Shown here piece by piece: positions 1 through 6,494 of a DNA stretch of 11,708 nucleotides (position 1 is its first letter; each line of letters begins with the position of its first letter). The translations under genes and the position numbers were made by a program. The DNA lies in UHGV virus genome UHGV-0100572. One strand, written 5' to 3'. This DNA comes from a virus. The notes under the pieces were generated by a model. The model saw only the letters and a list, made by a program, of their open reading frames with translations, searched no databases and was not told the origin of the DNA.

Positions 1-170
1 TCAGCACGATTATGAACGAGCACGAATGGCCTGCTGACGCTATTGAAGTGCAACTGGCACATGCCAACGGCGGATCTGTGCGTGGGATTTACAACCATGC
101 TCAGTATCTCGATAAACGCAGAGAAATGATGCAGTGGTGGGCTGACTGGATTGATGAAAAGGTGGAGTGA
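1..170 (+). CDS. int: Tyrosine recombinase (phage integrase), C-terminal fragment; 5' end lies outside the window
   Basis: Reading frame entering the window at base 3 translates to ...EWPADAIEVQLAHANGGSVRGIYNHAQYLDKRREMMQWWADWIDEKVE and stops at TGA 168-170. The H...R...Y-x-H pattern resembles the catalytic-tyrosine C-terminus of tyrosine integrases. Assignment is from motif memory only. Confidence 0.6.
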   Translation, partial: STIMNEHEWPADAIEVQLAHANGGSVRGIYNHAQYLDKRREMMQWWADWIDEKVE

Positions 171-194
171 TCCACCTTAACAACTATCGAAGAG

Positions 195-228
195 CACAAA
201 GCCTTGCAATCCAGTGCAAAGCTTTGTG
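195..228. terminator. Imperfect 13-bp inverted repeat (12 of 13 pairs, 8-nt loop) between the convergent integrase and tailspike genes; possible terminator or RNA processing site
   Basis: cacaaagccttgc (195-207) pairs with gcaaagctttgtg (216-228); a T-rich stretch follows on the plus strand (237-244) but not immediately after the stem. Confidence 0.3.
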
Positions 229-260
229 TGTCTCAGTTTTGTTTATCTATAAAAGTTTAT

Positions 261-2822
261 TTATATTTTCTTAATATTATTAATGCACCAACGGAGATAT
301 GCGCACTCTAATACAAGCGCCTCGTCATATCGTATCCCATAGCGATTACCAGCCTTATTTTTAAGTCGTAATTCTCCTGTTTCATATATCTTCTCTATTT
401 GTTCTCCAAATTCATTCACCTCAATTTTTGAGGAAAAAACAGGCTCATAGCTATCATCCCATTCATCGTAACAAAGAATTCCATATGCAAATGGGTCTAT
501 TCCTTCTGATTCAAAGGCTTCTTTTACTCTCTGAGCAATAACTCCGAAATGTATCCTTGCTTTGTCCCCTTTCTCTTTTACAGCATCGGTAAACTTATAC
601 TGCATAAAATTGACTTTACCCCATGCCTTTAAAATCTCCTCAGGAATCTCCTCTTTTTCTATTTTGGCGCGTTCATCAGATGTGTTAATGCTTCCTGTCG
701 AAGCATAAACTTGATTCCAACGTTTCTCAGGTATTCCACAGTTCCCGCCAGAATCATCTGTTGGATAAATATGTTTTCCTGATACTGCATTGCCATCGCT
801 TGTAACCATGAATTTTGTGTTTCCGGATATGCTCTGAACCTGAAAACTAGCATCAGTTTGCGCAAGAATAGATCCTGCAGGCGCTCTCTTAATTCTCGCA
901 TAATTAGGATTGTCAATTGAACCAAGAAGAATTTGTGATTCCTGTTGTGTTGATTCAGATAGTATTCGTAAATCTCCAAATGGCAATTTGGTATTGCTTC
1001 GAGAATCTGCAGAGTTAAACAACATTGTGTCGCCGTAGCGAAGTGTTGTGTATGTCAGAGCAAATGGAGCATGAGACTCGATAATCTCCATTAGCCTGTG
1101 ATTTGTAGTGGCACACAAACCAAAAAATGTATTACTTGTCTGATTAGATGTTATTGGCGTGCCATCTCTCATCCTTACCTTAAACGGGTTTTCTATCATG
1201 CACCCCAAAAATGTATCCCGTGCAGAACGGTCAATTCTCACGCAAAAAGGAGCATCGCTCTGGAATCTGGTTCCTATATAACGATGTCCGTGTATAGCTT
1301 TGCTTACATTTCCTCCCAACCCGTCAATATTAAAAGCTCCGCCTACATCCCAATCAGTTAATGGGTCAGGAGAAGTTTTCATATCAACAAGTCTGCGCTT
1401 GGTATGATGATTAGCCCCAAATATTTGACTATTTATGATAACAAAATCAGAAAATCCACCGGCTCCACGATCATCTGGAATAAGTTTATTTTCTACAGGA
1501 TCATAATAATTTTCATATCCTTCCGGAGCATATGAGTCATGCCCAGGAGCAGGAGAAGCACCAAAGACATTTACCCCCCATAAACCACCAGATGTAAACA
1601 CACGATCAAGAATGCAACCATCACTACCATCACCCCAAATACCTCGTGGATATGAATTACCAGTTCGATAGCTTTTAAATCTACCTGCACCAGAAGGTTG
1701 AGTAACATCGAACCAAATATTTGCTTTTCGATGGTATCCAATAACTGCAATATCAATAAGTTGAGTATTACAACGGCATCCATTAAAAATACCGACATCC
1801 CAATCAGCACCCAAGTTGTCAATGCTGTCTGTGTATTCACCATCAGGGCCACTTTCTGGCGGGTAAACTTTTGTTCTCACTGCAAAGTGCTCTAGCTGAA
1901 CGCCTTCTGCTTGAATATTAATATTTACCGAAATTGCCTCATCCTGAGCATCACCAGAACCTGAGCGATACTTCCGTCTGGTACGTATCCTTTTTGTGCC
2001 AGTACCAACAAACATTAATGTTGAGCAATCAACCCAATTAAATACTGGCCCGATATAATGAGGAACGATACTCCCATTTTCACTATATTGATTAAGTGCC
2101 TGATATCCATATCCCCTCCCGGAACCAATAATTCTTTGACCATGAGTTAGTAGTTCCAGTTCAAGATCACAAATAAATACTCCCTCCGTCAGATAAATAT
2201 GCTTTCCTGTATCAAGAGCAGCTTGTATTGCGAGGCCGTCAATAGATTGTTCCAGTGAAGTAGCAAATGGATAAACCACCCTGGCTAATGATAGAGAAGA
2301 AAATTTCTCTGATAGTTTATGTAATGTCCCGTCACCTATAGCACCGAAATCTCTGATACTTACAAAATCTAGGTTTTTTGAATGTTGACTTCGTTGTATT
2401 GCTCCAGCAAGTGGTTGCTTAATAAATACATTAGAGTCATCAACTAATTGACCAGAGTTTTCATGTTGAAGGAGATGTCGCAGTTGATCGGGGTCATACT
2501 TCAGCACATTCTGGAAATAGAACTGCTGTACGCCATACGCATCGTACACAGCCATAGAATGACCTTGCACAGTTACGAACTTGGCAATCTGTCCGTTATA
2601 TACCGGATATCCAGCAGCGTTAATGATGATTGGTTGCGAAACAGGAACGTGAGAACCGTCTTCGTTCTCCACATAAACCTGAATCTGGTTTTCAGGATTT
2701 ACAGGGTCAGTGTCAATTTTGCCGATATAAATTTTGCCATTGGCTACGGCTTTAAAAGAACGTGCCATAGTGAAGAGTTGCGAAGGCATCGATACGATCA
2801 CATTGGCTGTAATGTCTGTCAT
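261..2822 (-). CDS. Tailspike protein: P22 gp9-like N-terminal head-binding domain, beta-helix depolymerase-like receptor-binding domain, C-terminal peptidase-S74-type intramolecular chaperone domain
   Basis: 853-aa ORF with ATG at 2822-2820 and GGAG 8 nt upstream. Residues 1-113 (MTDITANV...KYDPDQ) closely match the P22 tailspike head-binding domain as I recall it. A DFGAIGDG motif typical of pectate-lyase-fold beta-helix depolymerases lies near residue 160. The C-terminus has a TSDERAK motif (S715/D716) like the auto-cleavage site of endosialidase-type chaperone domains. Confidence 0.9.
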   Translation of the reverse strand: MTDITANVIVSMPSQLFTMARSFKAVANGKIYIGKIDTDPVNPENQIQVYVENEDGSHVPVSQPIIINAAGYPVYNGQIAKFVTVQGHSMAVYDAYGVQQFYFQNVLKYDPDQLRHLLQHENSGQLVDDSNVFIKQPLAGAIQRSQHSKNLDFVSIRDFGAIGDGTLHKLSEKFSSLSLARVVYPFATSLEQSIDGLAIQAALDTGKHIYLTEGVFICDLELELLTHGQRIIGSGRGYGYQALNQYSENGSIVPHYIGPVFNWVDCSTLMFVGTGTKRIRTRRKYRSGSGDAQDEAISVNINIQAEGVQLEHFAVRTKVYPPESGPDGEYTDSIDNLGADWDVGIFNGCRCNTQLIDIAVIGYHRKANIWFDVTQPSGAGRFKSYRTGNSYPRGIWGDGSDGCILDRVFTSGGLWGVNVFGASPAPGHDSYAPEGYENYYDPVENKLIPDDRGAGGFSDFVIINSQIFGANHHTKRRLVDMKTSPDPLTDWDVGGAFNIDGLGGNVSKAIHGHRYIGTRFQSDAPFCVRIDRSARDTFLGCMIENPFKVRMRDGTPITSNQTSNTFFGLCATTNHRLMEIIESHAPFALTYTTLRYGDTMLFNSADSRSNTKLPFGDLRILSESTQQESQILLGSIDNPNYARIKRAPAGSILAQTDASFQVQSISGNTKFMVTSDGNAVSGKHIYPTDDSGGNCGIPEKRWNQVYASTGSINTSDERAKIEKEEIPEEILKAWGKVNFMQYKFTDAVKEKGDKARIHFGVIAQRVKEAFESEGIDPFAYGILCYDEWDDSYEPVFSSKIEVNEFGEQIEKIYETGELRLKNKAGNRYGIRYDEALVLECAYLRWCINNIKKI

Positions 2823-2880
2823 TTAATTTGCTCCAGATACAAGGAATCGCCGAAGCATGGCTACGGTGAATTTTTGGCAT

Positions 2881-2903
2881 AAAAAAACCCAGCCGAAGCT
2901 GGG
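2881..2903 (-). terminator. Rho-independent terminator downstream of ant
   Basis: On the minus strand: stem CCCAGC, loop UUCG, stem GCUGGG, followed directly by seven U (plus-strand A-run 2881-2887, stem-loop 2888-2903). It sits 20 nt after the ant stop. Confidence 0.65.
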
Positions 2904-2922
2904 TCGTTGCGTTGGTTATCTG

Positions 2923-3825
2923 TCAGTAGTTATGTACTGAAGGAGGTAATTCTTTATTCTTAAGTCTCATCCATGCGGAAAGATTCGTTGGTCCGTCTGG
3001 CTCATTAATATCAACATCTCGTGTATGGTTGATTAAAACATCTCTCGCCATTCCGATAACATACGAGAACTCATGACCGTAGTCGTAGCATCTGCCGGAA
3101 TAGTTCGATTGAATTTGTTTTAATGCCGGATACAGTTCGCGGAATAATGCCTGTGAGCGGTTGGCATAATCCCATAACCATACAAGGCTGTTTGCTTCTT
3201 TTGCAGAAAGCTCGTTTGCTTTCTTCTCTTGCTTGCCGATGAACTCACCTTCAAGCACTACCCTGTGGATGTACTCTACTGCTTGCGGTATCTGAGATGC
3301 ATCAAGCTCTTCAATACTTTCCACATTGAAACGCTGATGAATCATTGCATAAGCTTCTGGGTACATTAGATGCTTTTTGCTGACCAGCATATTTACAGCA
3401 TCACGAAGCGGAGTCCTGTCATCAACAGATGTTTTCTTACGTGCATTTTCTGCCTTTCCCTTCGTCCAGTAGTCATGCAGCACAGTAAAGCATTCTTCCT
3501 GGTACTGAATCAGTTTATCACGGATGTCAGCACGAACTTTCTCAGGGTTGATGCTGAACAGCCATCCATTTAACTTCTTCAAAGGAAGGCAGAGTAGCTT
3601 ACGAAGCTTACCATCAGCGGCAACCATGTTCATATGAACACAGTTGAATTTGCTAATCTGCTTCATGAGTTTTGTTTGCTGCGTTGACCAGCTCATTCCG
3701 AGGTTTTCAACGATTGGCTTCATCGCAACATATGCAACTCCGGCAGCCATGGCGGTGATAATTTGCTGACCGTTGAATGGCACGTAAGAGGTGTTCACTG
3801 CTTCTAAAATTGCTATACTATTCAT
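2923..3825 (-). CDS. ant: Antirepressor Ant (P22 immI antirepressor family)
   Basis: 300 aa from ATG 3825-3823 ([22 protein letters not shown]...), with GGAG 10 nt upstream. The N-terminus matches P22 Ant as I recall it. The ORF-track start at 3855 is a TTG adding 10 residues and is less likely. Gene order arc-ant-tailspike is as in P22. Confidence 0.85.
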   Translation of the reverse strand: MNSIAILEAVNTSYVPFNGQQIITAMAAGVAYVAMKPIVENLGMSWSTQQTKLMKQISKFNCVHMNMVAADGKLRKLLCLPLKKLNGWLFSINPEKVRADIRDKLIQYQEECFTVLHDYWTKGKAENARKKTSVDDRTPLRDAVNMLVSKKHLMYPEAYAMIHQRFNVESIEELDASQIPQAVEYIHRVVLEGEFIGKQEKKANELSAKEANSLVWLWDYANRSQALFRELYPALKQIQSNYSGRCYDYGHEFSYVIGMARDVLINHTRDVDINEPDGPTNLSAWMRLKNKELPPSVHNY

Positions 3826-3896
3826 GTTGGTTTTTCTCCAAGGATTTACCGACAACCGAAGCCCTAACTGTTACCGCAGTTGGGGCTTCAACTTTT
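3826..3896 (+). ncRNA. sar: Candidate sar-like antisense RNA covering the ant ribosome-binding site
   Basis: Extended -10-like TGcTATACT at 3811-3819 on the plus strand, inside the first ant codons. About 60-70 nt downstream is a hairpin (3858-3868 pairs with 3879-3889, one G-U pair) followed by aacuuuu. The predicted transcript is antisense to the ant GGAG and start codon. P22 encodes a 68-69 nt sar RNA at the equivalent place. Confidence 0.4.
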
Positions 3897-4112
3897 CACT
3901 TCTTTAAAGTGCCTACCTTCTACAGTTGCTCTGAGATAAAAATTCTTATCTTTACCGTTTAGTGCTTCCCAAGCATCAACAATGCACTTATTACAGATGT
4001 GGACTTCTCGATAACCAATAGCTTTCCTGTCAATATTAGTGAACATAACAGCTTCTTTATCTGTCAATGTGGATGCATGACAGAAGTCGCAATCTATATA
4101 AGATACCTTCAT
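3888..4112 (-). CDS. Small hypothetical protein with two CxxC pairs (zinc-ribbon-like), inserted between arc and ant
   Basis: 74-aa ORF. Its ATG (4112-4110) overlaps the arc stop as ATGA. A GAGGGG Shine-Dalgarno lies about 8 nt upstream. CDFC at residues 8-11 and CNKC at 40-43. I do not recall a gene at this position in P22. Confidence 0.5.
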   Translation of the reverse strand: MKVSYIDCDFCHASTLTDKEAVMFTNIDRKAIGYREVHICNKCIVDAWEALNGKDKNFYLRATVEGRHFKEVKS

Positions 4113-4267
4113 ACCGTTATCCCCTCTCTCTTCAGGCTGTCCATCACTCGCTTGTAAATCTCAGAGTTAACAGATCGCCCGTTCTCTTCCGCCACCTTAC
4201 GCACCAAATCCAATACTTCTTTAGGCCACCGCAAATTGAACTGCGGCATTTTGCTCATTCCTTTCAT
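4109..4267 (-). CDS. arc: Arc repressor (ribbon-helix-helix)
   Basis: ATG at 4267-4265 gives MKGMSKMPQFNLRWPKEVLDLVRKVAEENGRSVNSEIYKRVMDSLKREGITV (52 aa), near-identical to P22 Arc as recalled. GAGGTG Shine-Dalgarno upstream. The longer 73-aa ORF in the track begins at an ATG inside the Arc operator. Confidence 0.9.
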   Translation of the reverse strand: MKGMSKMPQFNLRWPKEVLDLVRKVAEENGRSVNSEIYKRVMDSLKREGITV

Positions 4268-4283
4268 ATTCACCTCACAATAT

Positions 4284-4300
4284 AGGTCCACCGTGGACCT
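4284..4300. promoter_or_regulatory. Mnt operator (Omnt)
   Basis: 17-bp palindrome aggtccaccgtggacct, matching the P22 Mnt operator as I recall it (AGGTCCACGGTGGACCT, central base inverted). It covers the predicted Pant transcription start. Confidence 0.85.
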
Positions 4301-4301
4301 A

Positions 4302-4330
4302 TTGAGAATATAGTAGAGTGCTTCTATCAT
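4302..4330 (+). promoter_or_regulatory. Candidate Pmnt promoter, divergent from and overlapping Pant
   Basis: Plus strand ttgaga (4302-4307), 17-nt spacer, tatcat (4325-4330), 27 nt upstream of the mnt ATG. Hexamers are weaker than Pant; placement by analogy with P22. Confidence 0.35.
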
Positions 4331-4335
4331 GTCAA
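4307..4335 (-). promoter_or_regulatory. Pant promoter driving arc, the small CxxC ORF and ant
   Basis: Minus strand reads TTGACA (4335-4330), a 17-nt spacer, then TATATT (4312-4307). That is a consensus -35 with near-consensus -10 at ideal spacing. Confidence 0.7.
4310..4330. promoter_or_regulatory. Arc operator (Oarc)
   Basis: atagtagagtgcttctatcat is the reverse complement of the 21-bp P22 Arc operator ATGATAGAAGCACTCTACTAT as recalled. It sits between the -35 and -10 of Pant. Confidence 0.85.
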
Positions 4336-4357
4336 TACACTAACTTGGGGTGATGGC

Positions 4358-4612
4358 ATGGCTAGAGACGATCCGCACTTTAACTTCCGTATGCCTTTGG
4401 AAGTAAGAGAAAAATTGAAATTAAGAGCAGAGGCTAACGGAAGGTCAATGAACTCTGAGTTATTACAAATCGTTCAGGATGCTCTCTCAAAGCCATCATC
4501 AATTGTAGGCTATCGAGACGAAGCTGAGCGAGTCGCGGATGAGCAATCTGACGTTGTTAAGAAGATGGTCTTTGAAACGCTGAAAAATATTTATAGCAAA
4601 AGTAAGTTATAG
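4358..4612 (+). CDS. mnt: Mnt repressor (maintenance of lysogeny, represses Pant)
   Basis: 84 aa, MARDDPHFNFRMPLEVREKLKLRAEANGRSMNSELLQIVQDALSK..., near-identical to P22 Mnt as recalled. Divergent from arc with the two operators between. Confidence 0.9.
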   Translation: MARDDPHFNFRMPLEVREKLKLRAEANGRSMNSELLQIVQDALSKPSSIVGYRDEAERVADEQSDVVKKMVFETLKNIYSKSKL

Positions 4613-4661
4613 GCTTATGACGTACAGTTAACCATATCGATATTGGCTCGCGTGATGACAA

Positions 4662-5381
4662 ATGAAAAAAAGCAATGGACTCACATTAAAACTTGACGGA
4701 ACCACCCCTGGCCAGCTGTCAATGGCTAAGTTGGTCAAGTATATGTCTGCTCTCGTAGATCTATACGGTTCTGCAGATTCTGTTCACTTCGACTGTGTAA
4801 GTGAAGGATCGGCTGACTTAAATGCATGGGTCGATAATGATATTTGTTATAACGCTGTCATAGCAAGGGCCTCTCTCTCAGCCAAAGAGAAATCACCCGC
4901 GTATCAAAAAATTGTTAATTTACTGGAACATGATGGTTTTTCAGCGAAACTACTCGGACGAAACCACTCAACCATTATCGCATTCCCGCGAGTAAAAAAG
5001 GAGCCAATCCCTTTACTCATAACAAAAACGTCAGAAGTTCAAGGAAGGCTATACAGTGTTGGCGGAAAAGACAACTCAATACCTGTGCGTATTGAGGGAG
5101 CCAACGGTGAAACATTCAAGTGCGAGGCAACCCCTGATTTGGCGGCAGCTCTTGGGTCCCATCTATTCAAATATATTAGGGTTAAAGGAGATGGGTGCTG
5201 GGAAAAAAAGAACAACAAATGGGAGCTAAAGAAACTAAAAATAACTTCATTTGTATTGCTCAAAAAATCATCACTCAAGGATGCTATTAATGCTATCAAG
5301 CAAGTTCCTGGAGATCAGTGGTCCGAGGAACGCGATGTTGATTCAATCCTTAGGACTCTGAGGAAGATAAATTGCGAGTAA
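4662..5381 (+). CDS. Hypothetical protein, 239 aa; upstream partner of the PIN-domain gene
   Basis: ATG-initiated ORF 49 bp after mnt. No recognisable motif (no Walker A, no hydrophobic segments). Its last 10 nt overlap the next ORF. AT-rich relative to the flanking late genes, by eye. Confidence 0.65.
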   Translation: MKKSNGLTLKLDGTTPGQLSMAKLVKYMSALVDLYGSADSVHFDCVSEGSADLNAWVDNDICYNAVIARASLSAKEKSPAYQKIVNLLEHDGFSAKLLGRNHSTIIAFPRVKKEPIPLLITKTSEVQGRLYSVGGKDNSIPVRIEGANGETFKCEATPDLAAALGSHLFKYIRVKGDGCWEKKNNKWELKKLKITSFVLLKKSSLKDAINAIKQVPGDQWSEERDVDSILRTLRKINCE

Positions 5382-5920
5382 TTTTAGATACCAATATTCT
5401 GGTATACCTACTATCAGATATAGAACACGATTATAGATTATCTGACCCTATACTTGGTTCTGAGATTCCAGATGCCAAAAGAAGAGCAGAAGCTCTTGTT
5501 GATCGAATAGATAACAAGAACGGGACAATCATCGTTCCAACTCCTGTATTGGCGGAGTTTTTAGTTGGAATCCATAAAGATTACCAACAAGAAAAACTGA
5601 ATGTTATCAAATCGTTATCGTGCTTCGAGACTGTATCATTTGATGAGTTGGCTGCTATTGAATGCGCATCGATACCAACATTAAAAGAATTAAGGAAAAT
5701 TAGCACAGAAGGTACAGCAAATAAAATTAAGTTTGACAGACAAATAATAGCAATTGCAAGAGCAATTAATGCTGACGAGGTATGGACTCATGATAAGGGA
5801 GTGTTTGAGCGTTGCAAAAGTCTCAATATTCCTGTGTTCACATTGTCATCAATAGAACCAATTCCGGTTCAAAGTCTCATGGAGTTCTTACACGATTCAG
5901 ACGATCAGAGATTACACTAA
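5372..5920 (+). CDS. PIN-domain protein (VapC-like putative ribonuclease), 182 aa
   Basis: N-terminus MRVILDTNILVYLL with the hallmark acidic residue at position 6. Further candidate acidic residues in VLAEFL and NADEVWTHDKG. TTG start at 5372 preceded by GAGGAAG with a 5-nt spacer. There is no in-frame ATG that would preserve the PIN N-terminus. Confidence 0.7.
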   Translation: MRVILDTNILVYLLSDIEHDYRLSDPILGSEIPDAKRRAEALVDRIDNKNGTIIVPTPVLAEFLVGIHKDYQQEKLNVIKSLSCFETVSFDELAAIECASIPTLKELRKISTEGTANKIKFDRQIIAIARAINADEVWTHDKGVFERCKSLNIPVFTLSSIEPIPVQSLMEFLHDSDDQRLH

Positions 5921-5935
5921 AATATAATTTTTATG

Positions 5936-5964
5936 CATCCGTGATAATTACATCCGTCACGGAT
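5936..5964. promoter_or_regulatory. Inverted-repeat and palindrome cluster upstream of the third cassette gene; candidate operator
   Basis: atccgtga (5937-5944) and tcacggat (5957-5964) are inverted repeats. atccgtcacggat (5952-5964) is a 13-bp palindrome. The motif CATCCGT occurs at 5936 and 5951, and again at 6478 downstream of the gene. Confidence 0.3.
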
Positions 5965-5984
5965 ACATAAAGCTATAGCCAAAA

Positions 5985-6470
5985 GTGGACAAACCTTTAT
6001 CTCACTCCAAACCATCTGGTATCCTGCGTAAAACTAAGGAGGTTGGTGTGTTTGGTATATTAACGAGAAGCAAGATAAAAAAATTAAGGGCAGAACTCGC
6101 CGAAACACAAAAACTGGCTTCACATTTTTACAAAATGAAATACGACGCTGAAGAGCGTGCATTTGTTGAGTTATGCGATTTATCTATTCGTATGGGAGTA
6201 GAGCCAGATGTAGCGGCAAAAACCCAACAAGGCATTGATATACTTGCAGATGTTGTTTTAAACAGGCAATATGCGTTTTATCTAAACGAGAAGGCCATTC
6301 AGATTTACTCTCAAATCTTCCTCCTAGAAAAAAGAAGAGGAACTCACGATCGAGAAGAGTGGTTAAATGAAGTTGTTAAAAAATCTGGCTGGGAAGTTGT
6401 TTCATCAGAGCTACCTCTTATTTGTGCTGATTTAATCGAAGAGGCAAAAGAGCGCCTATCCGATGGCTAA
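5985..6470 (+). CDS. Hypothetical protein, 140-161 aa depending on start
   Basis: ORF track starts at GTG 5985. An in-frame GTG at 6048 has a strong AAGGAGG Shine-Dalgarno 5 nt upstream and is the more likely start (6048-6470). No recognisable motif and no transmembrane segment. Stop at 6468-6470, 25 bp from the convergent gp16 stop. Confidence 0.6.
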   Translation: MDKPLSHSKPSGILRKTKEVGVFGILTRSKIKKLRAELAETQKLASHFYKMKYDAEERAFVELCDLSIRMGVEPDVAAKTQQGIDILADVVLNRQYAFYLNEKAIQIYSQIFLLEKRRGTHDREEWLNEVVKKSGWEVVSSELPLICADLIEEAKERLSDG

Positions 6471-6494
6471 ACGAATCCATCCGTGGATTACTAA

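Noticed and set aside
171-260. attP core or tRNA 3' fragment between int and the tailspike gene
   Set aside because: I looked for a tRNA T-arm and acceptor-end signature such as GGTTCGAntCC and found none. The spacer is kept only as a structured junction, not called as an att site.
659-2882. Five ORFs of 65-144 aa inside or antisense to the tailspike gene (659-979, 1098-1361, 1571-1852, 1698-1895, 2448-2882)
   Set aside because: All lie wholly within the well-supported 853-aa tailspike reading frame region, have no ribosome-binding sites I can see, and have low-complexity or Cys-rich translations typical of out-of-frame artefacts.
3826-3855. Longer ant start at 3855 ([10 protein letters not shown]...)
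   Set aside because: The codon at 3855-3853 is TTG with no convincing Shine-Dalgarno. The ATG at 3825 has GGAG upstream and gives the P22-like N-terminus [10 protein letters not shown].
3370-4285. Plus-strand ORFs antisense to ant, the small CxxC gene and arc (3370-3573, 3777-3962, 4067-4285)
   Set aside because: They overlap confidently assigned minus-strand genes and the operator region, and have no independent support. The only plus-strand product I consider plausible here is the short sar-like RNA.
4268-4330. N-terminal extension of arc to the ATG at 4330 (the 73-aa ORF in the track)
   Set aside because: That ATG is the first triplet of the Arc operator and lies inside the Pant promoter. 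Arc begins at MKGMSKM (ATG 4267) with its own Shine-Dalgarno, giving the expected 52-53-aa protein.
5039-5299. Minus-strand 86-aa ORF inside the first cassette gene
   Set aside because: Antisense to the longer plus-strand ORF that is coupled to the PIN gene, with a low-complexity Ser/Phe/Leu-rich translation.
5921-5928. Perfect TATAAT hexamer at 5923-5928 as a promoter for the third cassette gene
   Set aside because: No acceptable -35 element at 16-18 bp spacing. An isolated TATAAT in AT-rich DNA is expected by chance.
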